32,000 bases of DNA from Acaryochloris marina S15 (GCF_018336915.1 NZ_CP064923.1:2610001-2642000); one strand, 5' to 3'. Shown: positions 16,750 through 26,039, numbered from the stretch's first letter. Numbers and translations: made by a program. Notes: a model not told the origin generated them from the sequence alone.

Positions 16750-17741
16750 TGTCTAAAATGAACACGATAACTGCAAAAAGGCTAGGCTATCTTACCCGGC
16801 GATCCAGAGAAAAGATTCAAGATGCCGTCGAGGATACGATCAGAGGTTGGCAGGCGGTTGGTCGGCAGCAGGCCGAAGTTGTCAATGAAAAAGAGATCCG
16901 AGTCCTGGGATTAAGGCGGTCTGGGAACCATGCGGTCATTAACTGGATTTGCAAGCAGCTGCCGGAGAACCATGTCTTCATCAACCATAGTCGGATCAAG
17001 GAGAACCCTTACCGAAATGTATACCGCGACCAGCTGTTTCTGGCACAACATGGTGACCTAAAAGGCTGGCGGTGTGAGAATATCGAATGGTGGGAGGAAG
17101 AAGCCAGAGGCCATTTTTCACACAAGGACTGCCTGGTTTACAGCTACGAAGACCAGGAAATCCAGCGAGTAGCTCACCCTGCCTTCGAGACAAGGCACAA
17201 TCTTTACTTAGGTAAGAGCCACGAACGAATCGACGTGATCATCATCCGAGATCCGTTCAACCTTTTGGCCAGTCGTCTCAAGGGTAACAAGCCTCGAGAA
17301 AAAGCTAGAAATTTTAACCTCATGCAGGTCTATTCGCATCGGCTGAACCTGCCGGAACTCTGGATTGAATATGCCAAAGAATGCTTAGGAGAGACCCAGC
17401 ATCTCCAAAACAATAAGATTGTAATTAAATATAACGACTGGTTTGCTAATGCAGCCTATCGCCAACAGATTGCTGGACAGCTGGGGCTTGAATTCTCTGA
17501 TGAGGGCTTCAACGAGGTGACGCGGGCGGGCGGCATTGGTAGCTCCTTCGACGGAACTGGATTCAACGGACAGGTGGCTAAAATGGATGTTCTGAGACGC
17601 TGGAAACAATTTGCTGATGACCCGCGCTTTCGAGCGTTGGCGTGCACGCCGACGCTGATTGACTATTCGAGAAAGCTATTTGGTCACTCTCCAGCGCTCG
17701 AACCACTAATTGAAGACCTCCAACGATCATGGGTAGGCTAA
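16749..17741 (+). CDS. Hypothetical protein, possible highly divergent sulfotransferase
   Basis: 330-aa ORF whose ATG overlaps the upstream TGA (TGATG at 16747-16751). P-loop-like VLGLRRSGNHAVINWI and IIIRDPFNLLASRLK resemble 5'-PSB and 3'-PB motifs. Confidence applies to the functional call; that it is coding is more certain. Confidence 0.45.
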   Translation: MSKMNTITAKRLGYLTRRSREKIQDAVEDTIRGWQAVGRQQAEVVNEKEIRVLGLRRSGNHAVINWICKQLPENHVFINHSRIKENPYRNVYRDQLFLAQHGDLKGWRCENIEWWEEEARGHFSHKDCLVYSYEDQEIQRVAHPAFETRHNLYLGKSHERIDVIIIRDPFNLLASRLKGNKPREKARNFNLMQVYSHRLNLPELWIEYAKECLGETQHLQNNKIVIKYNDWFANAAYRQQIAGQLGLEFSDEGFNEVTRAGGIGSSFDGTGFNGQVAKMDVLRRWKQFADDPRFRALACTPTLIDYSRKLFGHSPALEPLIEDLQRSWVG

Positions 17742-17754
17742 CAGGAGAATCAAT

Positions 17755-18891
17755 ATGCGCGTCGCAATTTTACGCAGAGCCCCCAAGGTCACCTTTAGCA
17801 TGGATGTTTATGCCAATAGCCTCATCAAAGGCTTACAGCAGGTTAGGCCTGACTGGGATATTATCGAGCGATCGCCCACCTCTTGTGTATCAAGCTTTAG
17901 GCAGCATAGTCTAATGGCAGGTTACCAAAAATACTACGAACGATTTTGGCAGTATCCTCGCTCTTTTAAGAATTTAGATGTAGATATATGCCATATCATC
18001 GACCAAAGTGATGGCTATTTAAGCCATTGGCTGAATCATTATCAAATCCCTAATGTCGTCACCTGCCATGATCTGATAAATCTTATTAAGCCAGAAACCT
18101 TTAAAGGTCGGTCTAGTTTCCCTCTTATTAGCATGACTGCCTGGAAATTTGCAGTTCAAGGAATGAGGGTTTCTAATCATGTCGTTGCGGTTTCATCTCA
18201 TACTAAACAAGATACGGTAGAGCATTTAGGGATTAACCCAAATCGTATTACAGTTGTTCCAAATGCAGTTGATTCAACATTTCAATTTCTTCCACAGGAG
18301 AAGATTGATTTATTTCGCCAACAACAGGGAGTCACGCCAAATACACTGTGTTTATTAAACGTTGGATCTAACAACTCACGCAAAAATATTCTGACGATCC
18401 TTAAAGTCATTGTCATTTTGCGGGCACAGGATATTCCCTTATTGTTTTGGAAAGTGGGGGCTGATTTTAATGCTGAACAAAAAAAATTTATTGATACACA
18501 TCATTTAAACAATTGTGTGGCTCATTTGGGACAACCAGATAAAGAAATGCTGGTTGAGCTATACAATTCAGCCGATATTTTGCTAGCTCCTTCTCTCTAT
18601 GAAGGGTTTGGCTTGACTGCTCTCGAAGCTATGGCCTGTGGAACAGCAGTAATCACTACAAATGTGACTTCTATTCCAGAAGTCGTTGGTAACGCTGCAA
18701 TTTTGACAGATCCTATGGATATTGATGCGATCTCAACCGAAATTCAGCGCTTGTACCATCATCCAAATGAACGTCAAGACCTTGTTCAACGGGGTTTAAA
18801 ACGCTCCAAGGAGTTCAATTGGGAGGATACAGCAGAGCAAGTCGCTAATATTTATGAGCAAGTTTTATACAAAGATGATGGGTTTGCCTGA
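17755..18891 (+). CDS. Glycosyltransferase, GT1/GT4-type
   Basis: AGGAG at 17743-17747 precedes the ATG. GT1 signature EGFGLTALEAMACGTAVITTNVTSIPEVVGNAAILTDP. Confidence 0.85.
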   Translation: MRVAILRRAPKVTFSMDVYANSLIKGLQQVRPDWDIIERSPTSCVSSFRQHSLMAGYQKYYERFWQYPRSFKNLDVDICHIIDQSDGYLSHWLNHYQIPNVVTCHDLINLIKPETFKGRSSFPLISMTAWKFAVQGMRVSNHVVAVSSHTKQDTVEHLGINPNRITVVPNAVDSTFQFLPQEKIDLFRQQQGVTPNTLCLLNVGSNNSRKNILTILKVIVILRAQDIPLLFWKVGADFNAEQKKFIDTHHLNNCVAHLGQPDKEMLVELYNSADILLAPSLYEGFGLTALEAMACGTAVITTNVTSIPEVVGNAAILTDPMDIDAISTEIQRLYHHPNERQDLVQRGLKRSKEFNWEDTAEQVANIYEQVLYKDDGFA

Positions 18892-18968
18892 TAACGAAGG
18901 AAGCAAATAAAGAAAATATCCTTGATCTTAAGGTATCAAGGCATTGATGTATTTAGAGAGATTAGTAC

Positions 18969-19859
18969 GTGAGTTACCAGCTAAAAGATGTCGTTCGCTT
19001 ACACGGCAGAGACTTGATTTTTGCAACCCGATACTGGCAGGACAAACTGGTCAACCAGCTACAGGGTAATCCTGACAAATCTCTGGTTCTCTGTAATTCC
19101 TATCCCAAAAGTGGAACACATTTACTCTATCAAATTCTTTACTCTATTCCAGGACTACATAAGTGGGATGATATCGTCTCAGTACAGGCCCTTTGCGGTG
19201 TAATGAATACAGTCGATCACATACGCTGGAAAGTGGGTTCAGCTCCCAATCACGCGATTGTAAGAAGCCACTTAATGTATTGTGATGAAATTTTCAAAAT
19301 ATTGAAAGATTTTAACTGCAAAACACTGTTTATCTATCGTGACCTACGAGATGTTGCTGTGTCTCATGCCCGTTGGGTGACGAATGAAGAGCGTATTTTT
19401 CTGCATAATTTCTATATTGCAGAAGATACCTTTGATCAACAATTAATGTACTCGATTAAGGGAGTTCCCATTGGTAGCCCCTTTAGCTCTAACGCTTCTC
19501 AGCCTGATATCGGTTCTGATTTCCGACGCTGGAGTGGTTGGATTACCGATCCTGGAACTCTATCCATTAAATTTGAAGACTTAGTCGGGGAGCGAGGCGG
19601 TGGTTCGGAAGATAAACGGCTTCTAAGAATTGAGCAGATCTTAGATCATCTTTCTATTTCAATCCCCACTCGGAAAGTCAAGGATCAGTTTGCATCTTAT
19701 GTGCTTAATCCAAATGACTCTCACACATTTCAAAAAGGTGGAAAAGGTAGTATTGGAGGGTGGAAAACTTACTTCACAGAAAACCATAAAACTGAGTTCA
19801 AGAAAGTTGCAGGCGAACTTTTAATTCATCTGGGCTATGAGCAAGATCATAACTGGTAA
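18969..19859 (+). CDS. Sulfotransferase (Sulfotransfer_1-like, cytosolic-type motifs)
   Basis: GTG start. 5'-PSB NSYPKSGTHLLYQIL and 3'-PB IYRDLRDVAVSHARW. Confidence 0.8.
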   Translation: MSYQLKDVVRLHGRDLIFATRYWQDKLVNQLQGNPDKSLVLCNSYPKSGTHLLYQILYSIPGLHKWDDIVSVQALCGVMNTVDHIRWKVGSAPNHAIVRSHLMYCDEIFKILKDFNCKTLFIYRDLRDVAVSHARWVTNEERIFLHNFYIAEDTFDQQLMYSIKGVPIGSPFSSNASQPDIGSDFRRWSGWITDPGTLSIKFEDLVGERGGGSEDKRLLRIEQILDHLSISIPTRKVKDQFASYVLNPNDSHTFQKGGKGSIGGWKTYFTENHKTEFKKVAGELLIHLGYEQDHNW

Positions 19860-20018
19860 GGCTGATGAAAAAAATTACGACAAGATAGCTTGTTGGCTTT
19901 GATCGATTTTGTGAGATACATAACATGACTATTGATATAAAAAATAGATTCTAAATAAACTGATTTTTCAGTTTTTCGAGTATATTTTTGAGTTTGATTT
20001 TATAATCAAATATTTTAT

Positions 20019-21218
20019 ATGACTAATCCTTTCCATCTGTGCATTGTTTTTACTCATCCTACTCAACATCATGGTCCTCTGTGGCGAAAGTTGAGTGAGC
20101 AACCTAATCTCGATCTAAAGGTTTTATACCTCTCTGATGAGAATCAGGGCAGTGGTGATGTCTTTTTAGGTGAGGCTGCTCAAGCCTGGGACGTTGATTT
20201 GCTAGGCGGTTACAACTATGAATACCTTAAAGATCTATCAGGTTCCGTTCCCACACAACGGAAGAAAACAGTACTCAGCCCAGCATTAATTCGTCAGATT
20301 AGTCCTAAATACTGCGATGCCGTTTTCATGCAGAGCTTTGTCAACTATTCTTATAGGCTAACTGCTTTTTTGTGCAAGATGCGTGGCATTCCGCTCATCA
20401 TGCAGAATGATGCGAGCATCATGTCTGACGCTCGCTACAGTCGGATGCGCCTCATTACAATGTCTTTCCTTTACCCTTGGATGAATAATCTGGCTGACTA
20501 TTGGCTCTCATGTGGTGATCATAACGAAGTTCATTTACGGCATTACGGCGTGAATGATACGAAGATTATTCGAGGCTGCCATCCCATTGATGGAGATCGT
20601 TTCCAGCAAACTATCTCGAACCAACCAGAAGAACTCCAGCGCATCCGTAAAGAGCTAATTTGGGATGAGAGTACCATCTTATATGGCTTTATGGGTAAAT
20701 ACATTGAGCGCAAAAATCCCTTCGAATTTATTGAAGCGATCTCACAGGCTCATCAGCATGATCCGCGTATTCGCGGCATTCTATTTGGGGGAGGCGATCT
20801 CGAATCGGCGATTAATCAGCGTATTGCAGAACTCAATGGCGAAGTGATTAACTACGGTTTCGTTAATCAATCCAAAATTCCGCTCTATTTTGCCGCCCTT
20901 GATGTCTTTATCACTACCTCCTGGATTGATCCGCATCCGCTGGTTATCTCTGAAGCAATGGCATCTGGCACACCTCCGATCCTAAGCGATCGTTGTGGCA
21001 ACTGGGGGTACAGTGATACCGTTCGTCATCGATATAATGGCCTAGTCTATCCCTGCGGCAACGTAAATGCCCTCACTGAGGCTATCTTGGGAATGACTGA
21101 GCCTGGCACCCGCCAGCAGTATCGAGAACGATCTTATGAGGTTTTTGGTGAACAAAACTTGTACTGTGAAGTCAATGCTTTTCTTGAAGCCATTGACCGT
21201 ATCAAAGCCAATACCTAA
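20019..21218 (+). CDS. Glycosyltransferase, GT1/GT4-type
   Basis: 399-aa ORF with a GT-B C-terminal region: YGFMGKYIERKNP..LFGGGDLE..PHPLVISEAMASGTPPILSDRCGN..NGLVYP. Confidence 0.75.
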   Translation: MTNPFHLCIVFTHPTQHHGPLWRKLSEQPNLDLKVLYLSDENQGSGDVFLGEAAQAWDVDLLGGYNYEYLKDLSGSVPTQRKKTVLSPALIRQISPKYCDAVFMQSFVNYSYRLTAFLCKMRGIPLIMQNDASIMSDARYSRMRLITMSFLYPWMNNLADYWLSCGDHNEVHLRHYGVNDTKIIRGCHPIDGDRFQQTISNQPEELQRIRKELIWDESTILYGFMGKYIERKNPFEFIEAISQAHQHDPRIRGILFGGGDLESAINQRIAELNGEVINYGFVNQSKIPLYFAALDVFITTSWIDPHPLVISEAMASGTPPILSDRCGNWGYSDTVRHRYNGLVYPCGNVNALTEAILGMTEPGTRQQYRERSYEVFGEQNLYCEVNAFLEAIDRIKANT

Positions 21219-21299
21219 ATAGAACACAAATAATCTCCACCACTCCAATCCCTTAGACTCATACATCTTATATCAACAGTTCTTGATATTTCTATAATA

Positions 21300-22529
21300 A
21301 TGAAAGTACTCCTATCAGCTTATTCATGCGAACCTGGCAGAGGCTCGGAACGGGGTGTAGGCTGGAATGTAGCATGCGAAGTTGCTAAACGCCATCAAGT
21401 CTGGGTTCTGACACGGCCCGATGAAAGCAAAGATGCGATTGAGGCCGAATTAGCAGCAAATCCTATCCCTAATCTACATTTCGTTTACTTCACCCTACCG
21501 TTTTGGCAAGATAGTATGCGTTTTGGCCACTCAGGAGCCATACAGATCCACTACTATCTATGGCAAATCCAAGCCTATTTCGTTGCACGGCAATTGCACC
21601 AAGAAATTGGATTTGATGTTACGCATCATGTCACCTTCGTAAAATACTCAGCACCCAGCCTGCTCTCTTTTTTGCCTGTCCCTTTCATATGGGGGCCTGT
21701 CGGAGGGGGAGAATCAGCACCTTTCCCTTTCTGGAAGGATTTTAGCCTGAATGCTCGTATATACGAGCTGACTCGAGATTTAGTTCGCAATATTGGCCAG
21801 CGAGATCCCCTTGTTGGTTTGACAATTCGGAATAGTTCAGTTGTTCGGGCTACCACTGATGACACCGCTAGACGACTTCATCGGATGGGCGCAACTGAGG
21901 TCCAAATCATTCCGGAAGTGGGACTATTAGATGCAGAAATTGCCGATCTTAATCAGAGTCCACTCTCTGTTTCACAACCGATTCGGTTTATTAGCATGGG
22001 CCGTCTACTGCACTGGAAAGGCTATCACTTAGGCATCCAGGCTTTCGCTAAGGCTGATTTGCCTGATGCTGAGTATTGGCTTGTGGGTGAAGGGCCAGAA
22101 CTAGATGCACTCCAGAATCTTGCCCAGTATTGTGGTGTAGCAAATCAAGTCAAATTCTGGGGGAGATTGCCTCGTGAAGAGACGCTCAAACGATTAGCCC
22201 AAAGCCATGTTCTGGTGCATCCGAGCTTGCATGATTCAGGCGGTTGGGTTTGTATCGAAGCGATGGCATCTGGGCGACCCGTGATTTGTCTCGATTTGGG
22301 TGGACCAGCAATTCAGGTGACTGAACACACTGGTTTTAAGATATCGGCTCAATCACCCGAGCAAGTGATTGGTGATCTTGCGGTCGCAATGCAAAAACTT
22401 ACACACGACCCAAATTTACGAATCAAGATGGGTAAGGCCGGTCGCCAACGAGTGGATAAAAACTTTAGCTGGAAGGTTGTTGGTGAATGTCTCGATAAGC
22501 TATACGAAGACACGGTCAAAGCGCAATAA
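21300..22529 (+). CDS. Glycosyltransferase, GT1/GT4-type
   Basis: MKVLLSAYSCEPGRGSERGVGWN N-terminus. C-terminal GRLLHWKGYHL..LVGEGPE..HPSLHDSGGWVCIEAMASGRPVICLDLGGPAIQV. Confidence 0.8.
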   Translation: MKVLLSAYSCEPGRGSERGVGWNVACEVAKRHQVWVLTRPDESKDAIEAELAANPIPNLHFVYFTLPFWQDSMRFGHSGAIQIHYYLWQIQAYFVARQLHQEIGFDVTHHVTFVKYSAPSLLSFLPVPFIWGPVGGGESAPFPFWKDFSLNARIYELTRDLVRNIGQRDPLVGLTIRNSSVVRATTDDTARRLHRMGATEVQIIPEVGLLDAEIADLNQSPLSVSQPIRFISMGRLLHWKGYHLGIQAFAKADLPDAEYWLVGEGPELDALQNLAQYCGVANQVKFWGRLPREETLKRLAQSHVLVHPSLHDSGGWVCIEAMASGRPVICLDLGGPAIQVTEHTGFKISAQSPEQVIGDLAVAMQKLTHDPNLRIKMGKAGRQRVDKNFSWKVVGECLDKLYEDTVKAQ

Positions 22530-22979
22530 TGTCCCTAAAAACTTATACAACAGTTTTTTATTACAAAATTAAATTGTATTAGTTATATCTAGATGTATTA
22601 TTAAAATCTTATTTACTAACTTGCACTCAATTTTTGAGATATAGAGATCAGAATTTCAAATTTATTACTCTAAATATTCTTGTAATTTACTAATATTAGT
22701 TTCTGGATAGCACAGATTAAATGCAAAAAAGCAGTCTCTATTCATCGTTTATTTTAATGAGGTATTAAGCATTGTTCAATCAATATAAATAGATATTTTG
22801 AATTCTATTTCTGATGGAATTCGAAATATCTCCTACTAAAAAATATTTAATGAGAATATATAGCAATCTGAAATCAATCGTGAGATGTAGAGAGGCTGAA
22901 ATCTTTACCAGTATCCATTTAGGTTGAATATAATTCTCACAACTCACGTCAGATCGCTATAGCAGAAGCTATTCAAAGA

Positions 22980-24362
22980 ATGAAGAATTATTTACGGGAA
23001 TATAAAATAGGGCTTATTAGTAGCTCAGTATTAATATTGATCGGATATGCGACAGCATTTTTCCCTCGTTTATTGTCTTTTTTTGGTGCTCCATCAGCTA
23101 TTAATTTCATTCACTTTGGAGTCATTCCAAGTATTTCAATACTTGTATTATTTAAGACTCGTGTCAAGATTCGAAAACAGATAAATCTTGTTTGGGATCT
23201 TATGATTGGGATGGCATTTCTGCTAACAATAACTCTTGTTAGTGCAATTTTAAATCATGCAGGAATTGTTAATATAGTTTTGCAATTCCTATTTCAGATA
23301 GAAGCATTTCTATTGCTCGCAGCCATAATATCAATACCTATGGCAGGAAAGTCTCTTCATCGATTTAGAAAGTATTTACTGGGTTTTGCTCTATTTAATC
23401 TATTACTTGCCTTAGCTCAATCTGTACTATTACCAATAGGTATCTATCCTAAACCTAAAGGTGGAACTTTCGCAGACAACATAACTGGCGTATTTGGTGG
23501 AGGTGGAGGCAGTGCAGCTAATTATGTTTCGTGTACAATCTCTTTTTATTTTGCTATTTATGTTTTTTTTTATTATAAGAAAGTGCCACTTTGGCTACGC
23601 ATGTTCCTACTACTCGCTGCTTGCTACCAAATTCAAGTATCAGATTCGAAGCAAGTTTTTATTGCTTTAGCATTTGGTTATGGAATCTTACTACTTACAA
23701 GGCTTAAAAATCTATTCGAACTAGTCTTTCATATTGTATTCATAATAGTTTTAACATTCATTGTAGCTTGGATATTATTAAATATTAATATAGAATTATT
23801 AGAGCCATATCAAAACTGGATAAATCGTGATATTTGGGGATTTGATGGGCTGGCTATATGGACAAAATTTTCAGCTTTTCGAATTATTCCCCGCTATTTC
23901 GTATCATCTCTAAATTGGTTATTTGGTCTTGGCCCAGGTCATACTGTTACGCGCTTGGGTGGATGGGTAATGCGAGATTATGCCACTTTACTTCTTCCAC
24001 TTGGTGCCACGACTCATGCTGCGACAAAAGATGTATGGGCAATTGTGGATATTTCATACTTGCCTCGAGAGTCTACCATTTACTTTCCATTATTTACGTG
24101 GGCAGGCATTTGGGGAGATATAGGTGTTGTTGGATTTTTCTCATATATCTACTTGTGCTCTATTGTCTGGCGCAAAATATGTGTAGATGAATTTGGTCGT
24201 TTTTTACTAATATCGTCTGCTATCTTGGGTTGCATCTTAACCCAAATTGAAGAGCCTGCGCATATGGTTACACTTGCTTGCTTGCTGGGAATGCGTTGGC
24301 ATGAAGAAAAAGAAAAAAAGAAAATAGTCTATGCATTATATGTTGAATACCCTGAACACTAA
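22980..24362 (+). CDS. Polytopic membrane protein, Wzy polymerase / O-antigen-ligase-like
   Basis: 460 aa, hydrophobic along almost its entire length (about 10 or more predicted TM segments by eye), AT-rich, and last gene of a glycan locus. The family call rests on context plus topology, not on a sequence motif. Confidence 0.6.
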   Translation: MKNYLREYKIGLISSSVLILIGYATAFFPRLLSFFGAPSAINFIHFGVIPSISILVLFKTRVKIRKQINLVWDLMIGMAFLLTITLVSAILNHAGIVNIVLQFLFQIEAFLLLAAIISIPMAGKSLHRFRKYLLGFALFNLLLALAQSVLLPIGIYPKPKGGTFADNITGVFGGGGGSAANYVSCTISFYFAIYVFFYYKKVPLWLRMFLLLAACYQIQVSDSKQVFIALAFGYGILLLTRLKNLFELVFHIVFIIVLTFIVAWILLNINIELLEPYQNWINRDIWGFDGLAIWTKFSAFRIIPRYFVSSLNWLFGLGPGHTVTRLGGWVMRDYATLLLPLGATTHAATKDVWAIVDISYLPRESTIYFPLFTWAGIWGDIGVVGFFSYIYLCSIVWRKICVDEFGRFLLISSAILGCILTQIEEPAHMVTLACLLGMRWHEEKEKKKIVYALYVEYPEH

Positions 24363-24499
24363 GTCGAATTTATTCATGCAGGACAAGCGGGAGCATTTGA
24401 ACAGAAAGTTACGGTTTCGCTCGGAACCATTGCTCTGTATTGCGTCCTAATCGCGTTATTAGGATCCGTAAAGAAAACCTTCGGATACTGTTGGCGAAC

Positions 24500-25276
24500 T
24501 CAAAAGTATCGGACAAGAGCCCGAAGTACATGCGATTTTGCCGCCGAGGTACATGCAACTCGCCGCCGAAGTACGCGCAATTTTGCAGTCATCCCTTGTT
24601 TAAGTGCCGCATGATGCAGATAGGTCTTGATGGTTTGCAACTCATCCTCTAAGGCGGAAACAACACAAGTCTTTTCCGTAATTTGGCGATGATGTTTATC
24701 AACTACTTCAATGGCACTAGGACGATAAACGATGCCAGATAAGGCTTCAAAACTGCGCTTGTCTTTATCTTTGGTAGGAATATGACCCCCATCGACTTGA
24801 GCAATGAGTTCTGCTGCCGGGGTGGGTAACTCTTCTTGATCTGGAGGGGTAGTGTTCGCTTGAGATAAACGCTCACCGACTTGATTGGTCACGTTTTTGA
24901 TTTGGACATGGTTATTCACACTCCGGCGCTGAGCATTCAGCCGCTCCATATTATCCTGGGCTTCTCGATAGCTATGCAGGGCACCATTCTCACATTGCAG
25001 TTTTACTAAGTCAGGATGAGTATCTGTGCCAAAAACACTGATCGTTGTTGGAGTACTTTGCCACCGACACTCTGGGTTCTTGCAACGATGCTTTTGAATG
25101 CGGAGCTTATGGTCGCTGAAGACGGCATGAAAGGTAGATGACATGAAACCAAGCTTTCCGAGTTTCTCGCCACATTTAGTACATTGCTTTAGACCGATGT
25201 CGATGAGGGTAGATTGTTCAGCTAACAGTGCGCTTTGGACTTTTGAAAGAAGCGAAATTTGCTCTTCATGGCGCAA
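24500..25276 (-). pseudogene. ISKra4/ISLre2-like DDE transposase, N-terminal half only (3'-truncated)
   Basis: TTG start. Cys clusters CTKCGEKL..CKNPEC and the block AELIAQVDGGHIPTKDKDKRSFEAL..YLHHAALKQGM resemble ISKra4-type transposases as I remember them. The last ~30 codons (TAKLRVLRRRVACTSAAKS..) run through three 22-bp DNA repeats and look non-native. Confidence 0.5.
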
Positions 25277-25446
25277 TCCAAGATCTAGAATGGACTTTGG
25301 TTGTTTAATGTCATAGATTTTTAGAGTGTCTCGTTTAACGACTTCCTAGCTGATGACAGAGACTTTCTCGACTATTACTCTAAATTCGTAATCCATCTAC
25401 CACCGCTGCTCTCTAACCTCTACAAGAATTAGAGTATAACGGAAAA

Positions 25447-25560
25447 CTATATTAATACGCGATATTTACGCTTATAAAATAAGGCGACAAAGCTCAATCG
25501 AGCACCATGCCATCGCAAGTGGGGCTGCAAGGTTTGACGAAGAAGAGTAACCTGATTCAT
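25447..25560 (-). pseudogene. Stub of an IS4-family-like transposase (first ~28 codons)
   Basis: The minus-strand MNQVTLLRQTLQPHLRWHGARLSFVALF resembles the conserved N-terminus of a transposase type common in cyanobacteria. Similarity stops there and a stop codon follows shortly after. Confidence 0.35.
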
Positions 25561-25608
25561 AGGGTTTCATTGTGAGGGGTAGTTATCTCCATGGAACCCT
25601 ATCTCTGT

Positions 25609-25689
25609 CTACGCTTTCAAGTTTTTGTCCTGTACTGAGAGCTCACTACGTTCTTCAGGGGTTAGCGACACAATATATTTGTCTGCCAT
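25609..25689 (-). pseudogene. Stub of an IS630-family-like transposase (first ~17 codons)
   Basis: The minus-strand MADKYIVSLTPEERSEL resembles the HTH N-terminus (KYIVxLTxEER) of IS630-type transposases. The ORF stops after 26 codons. This is a very short match. Confidence 0.3.
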
Positions 25690-26039
25690 GATGGGGAGGC
25701 TAAAAACAGCTAGATAGTTTTTAGCCTCCCCATCCAATTCAGTGTGGTCGAGCACTAGATACTAAGCTTTAAGTGCAAGAACTGTCCTAAGCAAGGTGCG
25801 TAGTGCAATAACGGCCTTTTTTTCTCTCTCATGGGAGCATCTTGGCTTATCACTCCCTTCAGTAGAACCTTTTCAAGCCTCACTTAACTAGAGGGGCTGA
25901 GATAATCTCACCTGACTACCCAAAATTGATCTCCAGGCACTGGTGTCTTAAGAGGATCTAGATTTCCGTAGCGCCTATGTAATACTCATTTGAGTACTCT
26001 ATGGTTATACTCAGAACGAGTTGAAAGTTTACTTTTTTC

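Noticed and set aside
16434-17647. Several 60-74-aa minus-strand ORFs inside the sulfotransferase genes, and the similar antisense ORFs in the ABC, GT2 and GT1 genes
   Set aside because: All are antisense to motif-supported CDSs within a tightly packed co-directional operon.
23858-24190. 110-aa + strand ORF in an alternative frame inside the Wzy-like gene
   Set aside because: It is nested in the longer, consistently hydrophobic 460-aa frame. Its Cys/Trp-rich composition is typical of an off-frame translation.
24440-24652. 70-aa + strand ORF across the 22-bp repeats
   Set aside because: It runs through the repeat array and antisense to the ISKra4-like ORF. It has a low-complexity R/K/C-rich sequence and no start context.
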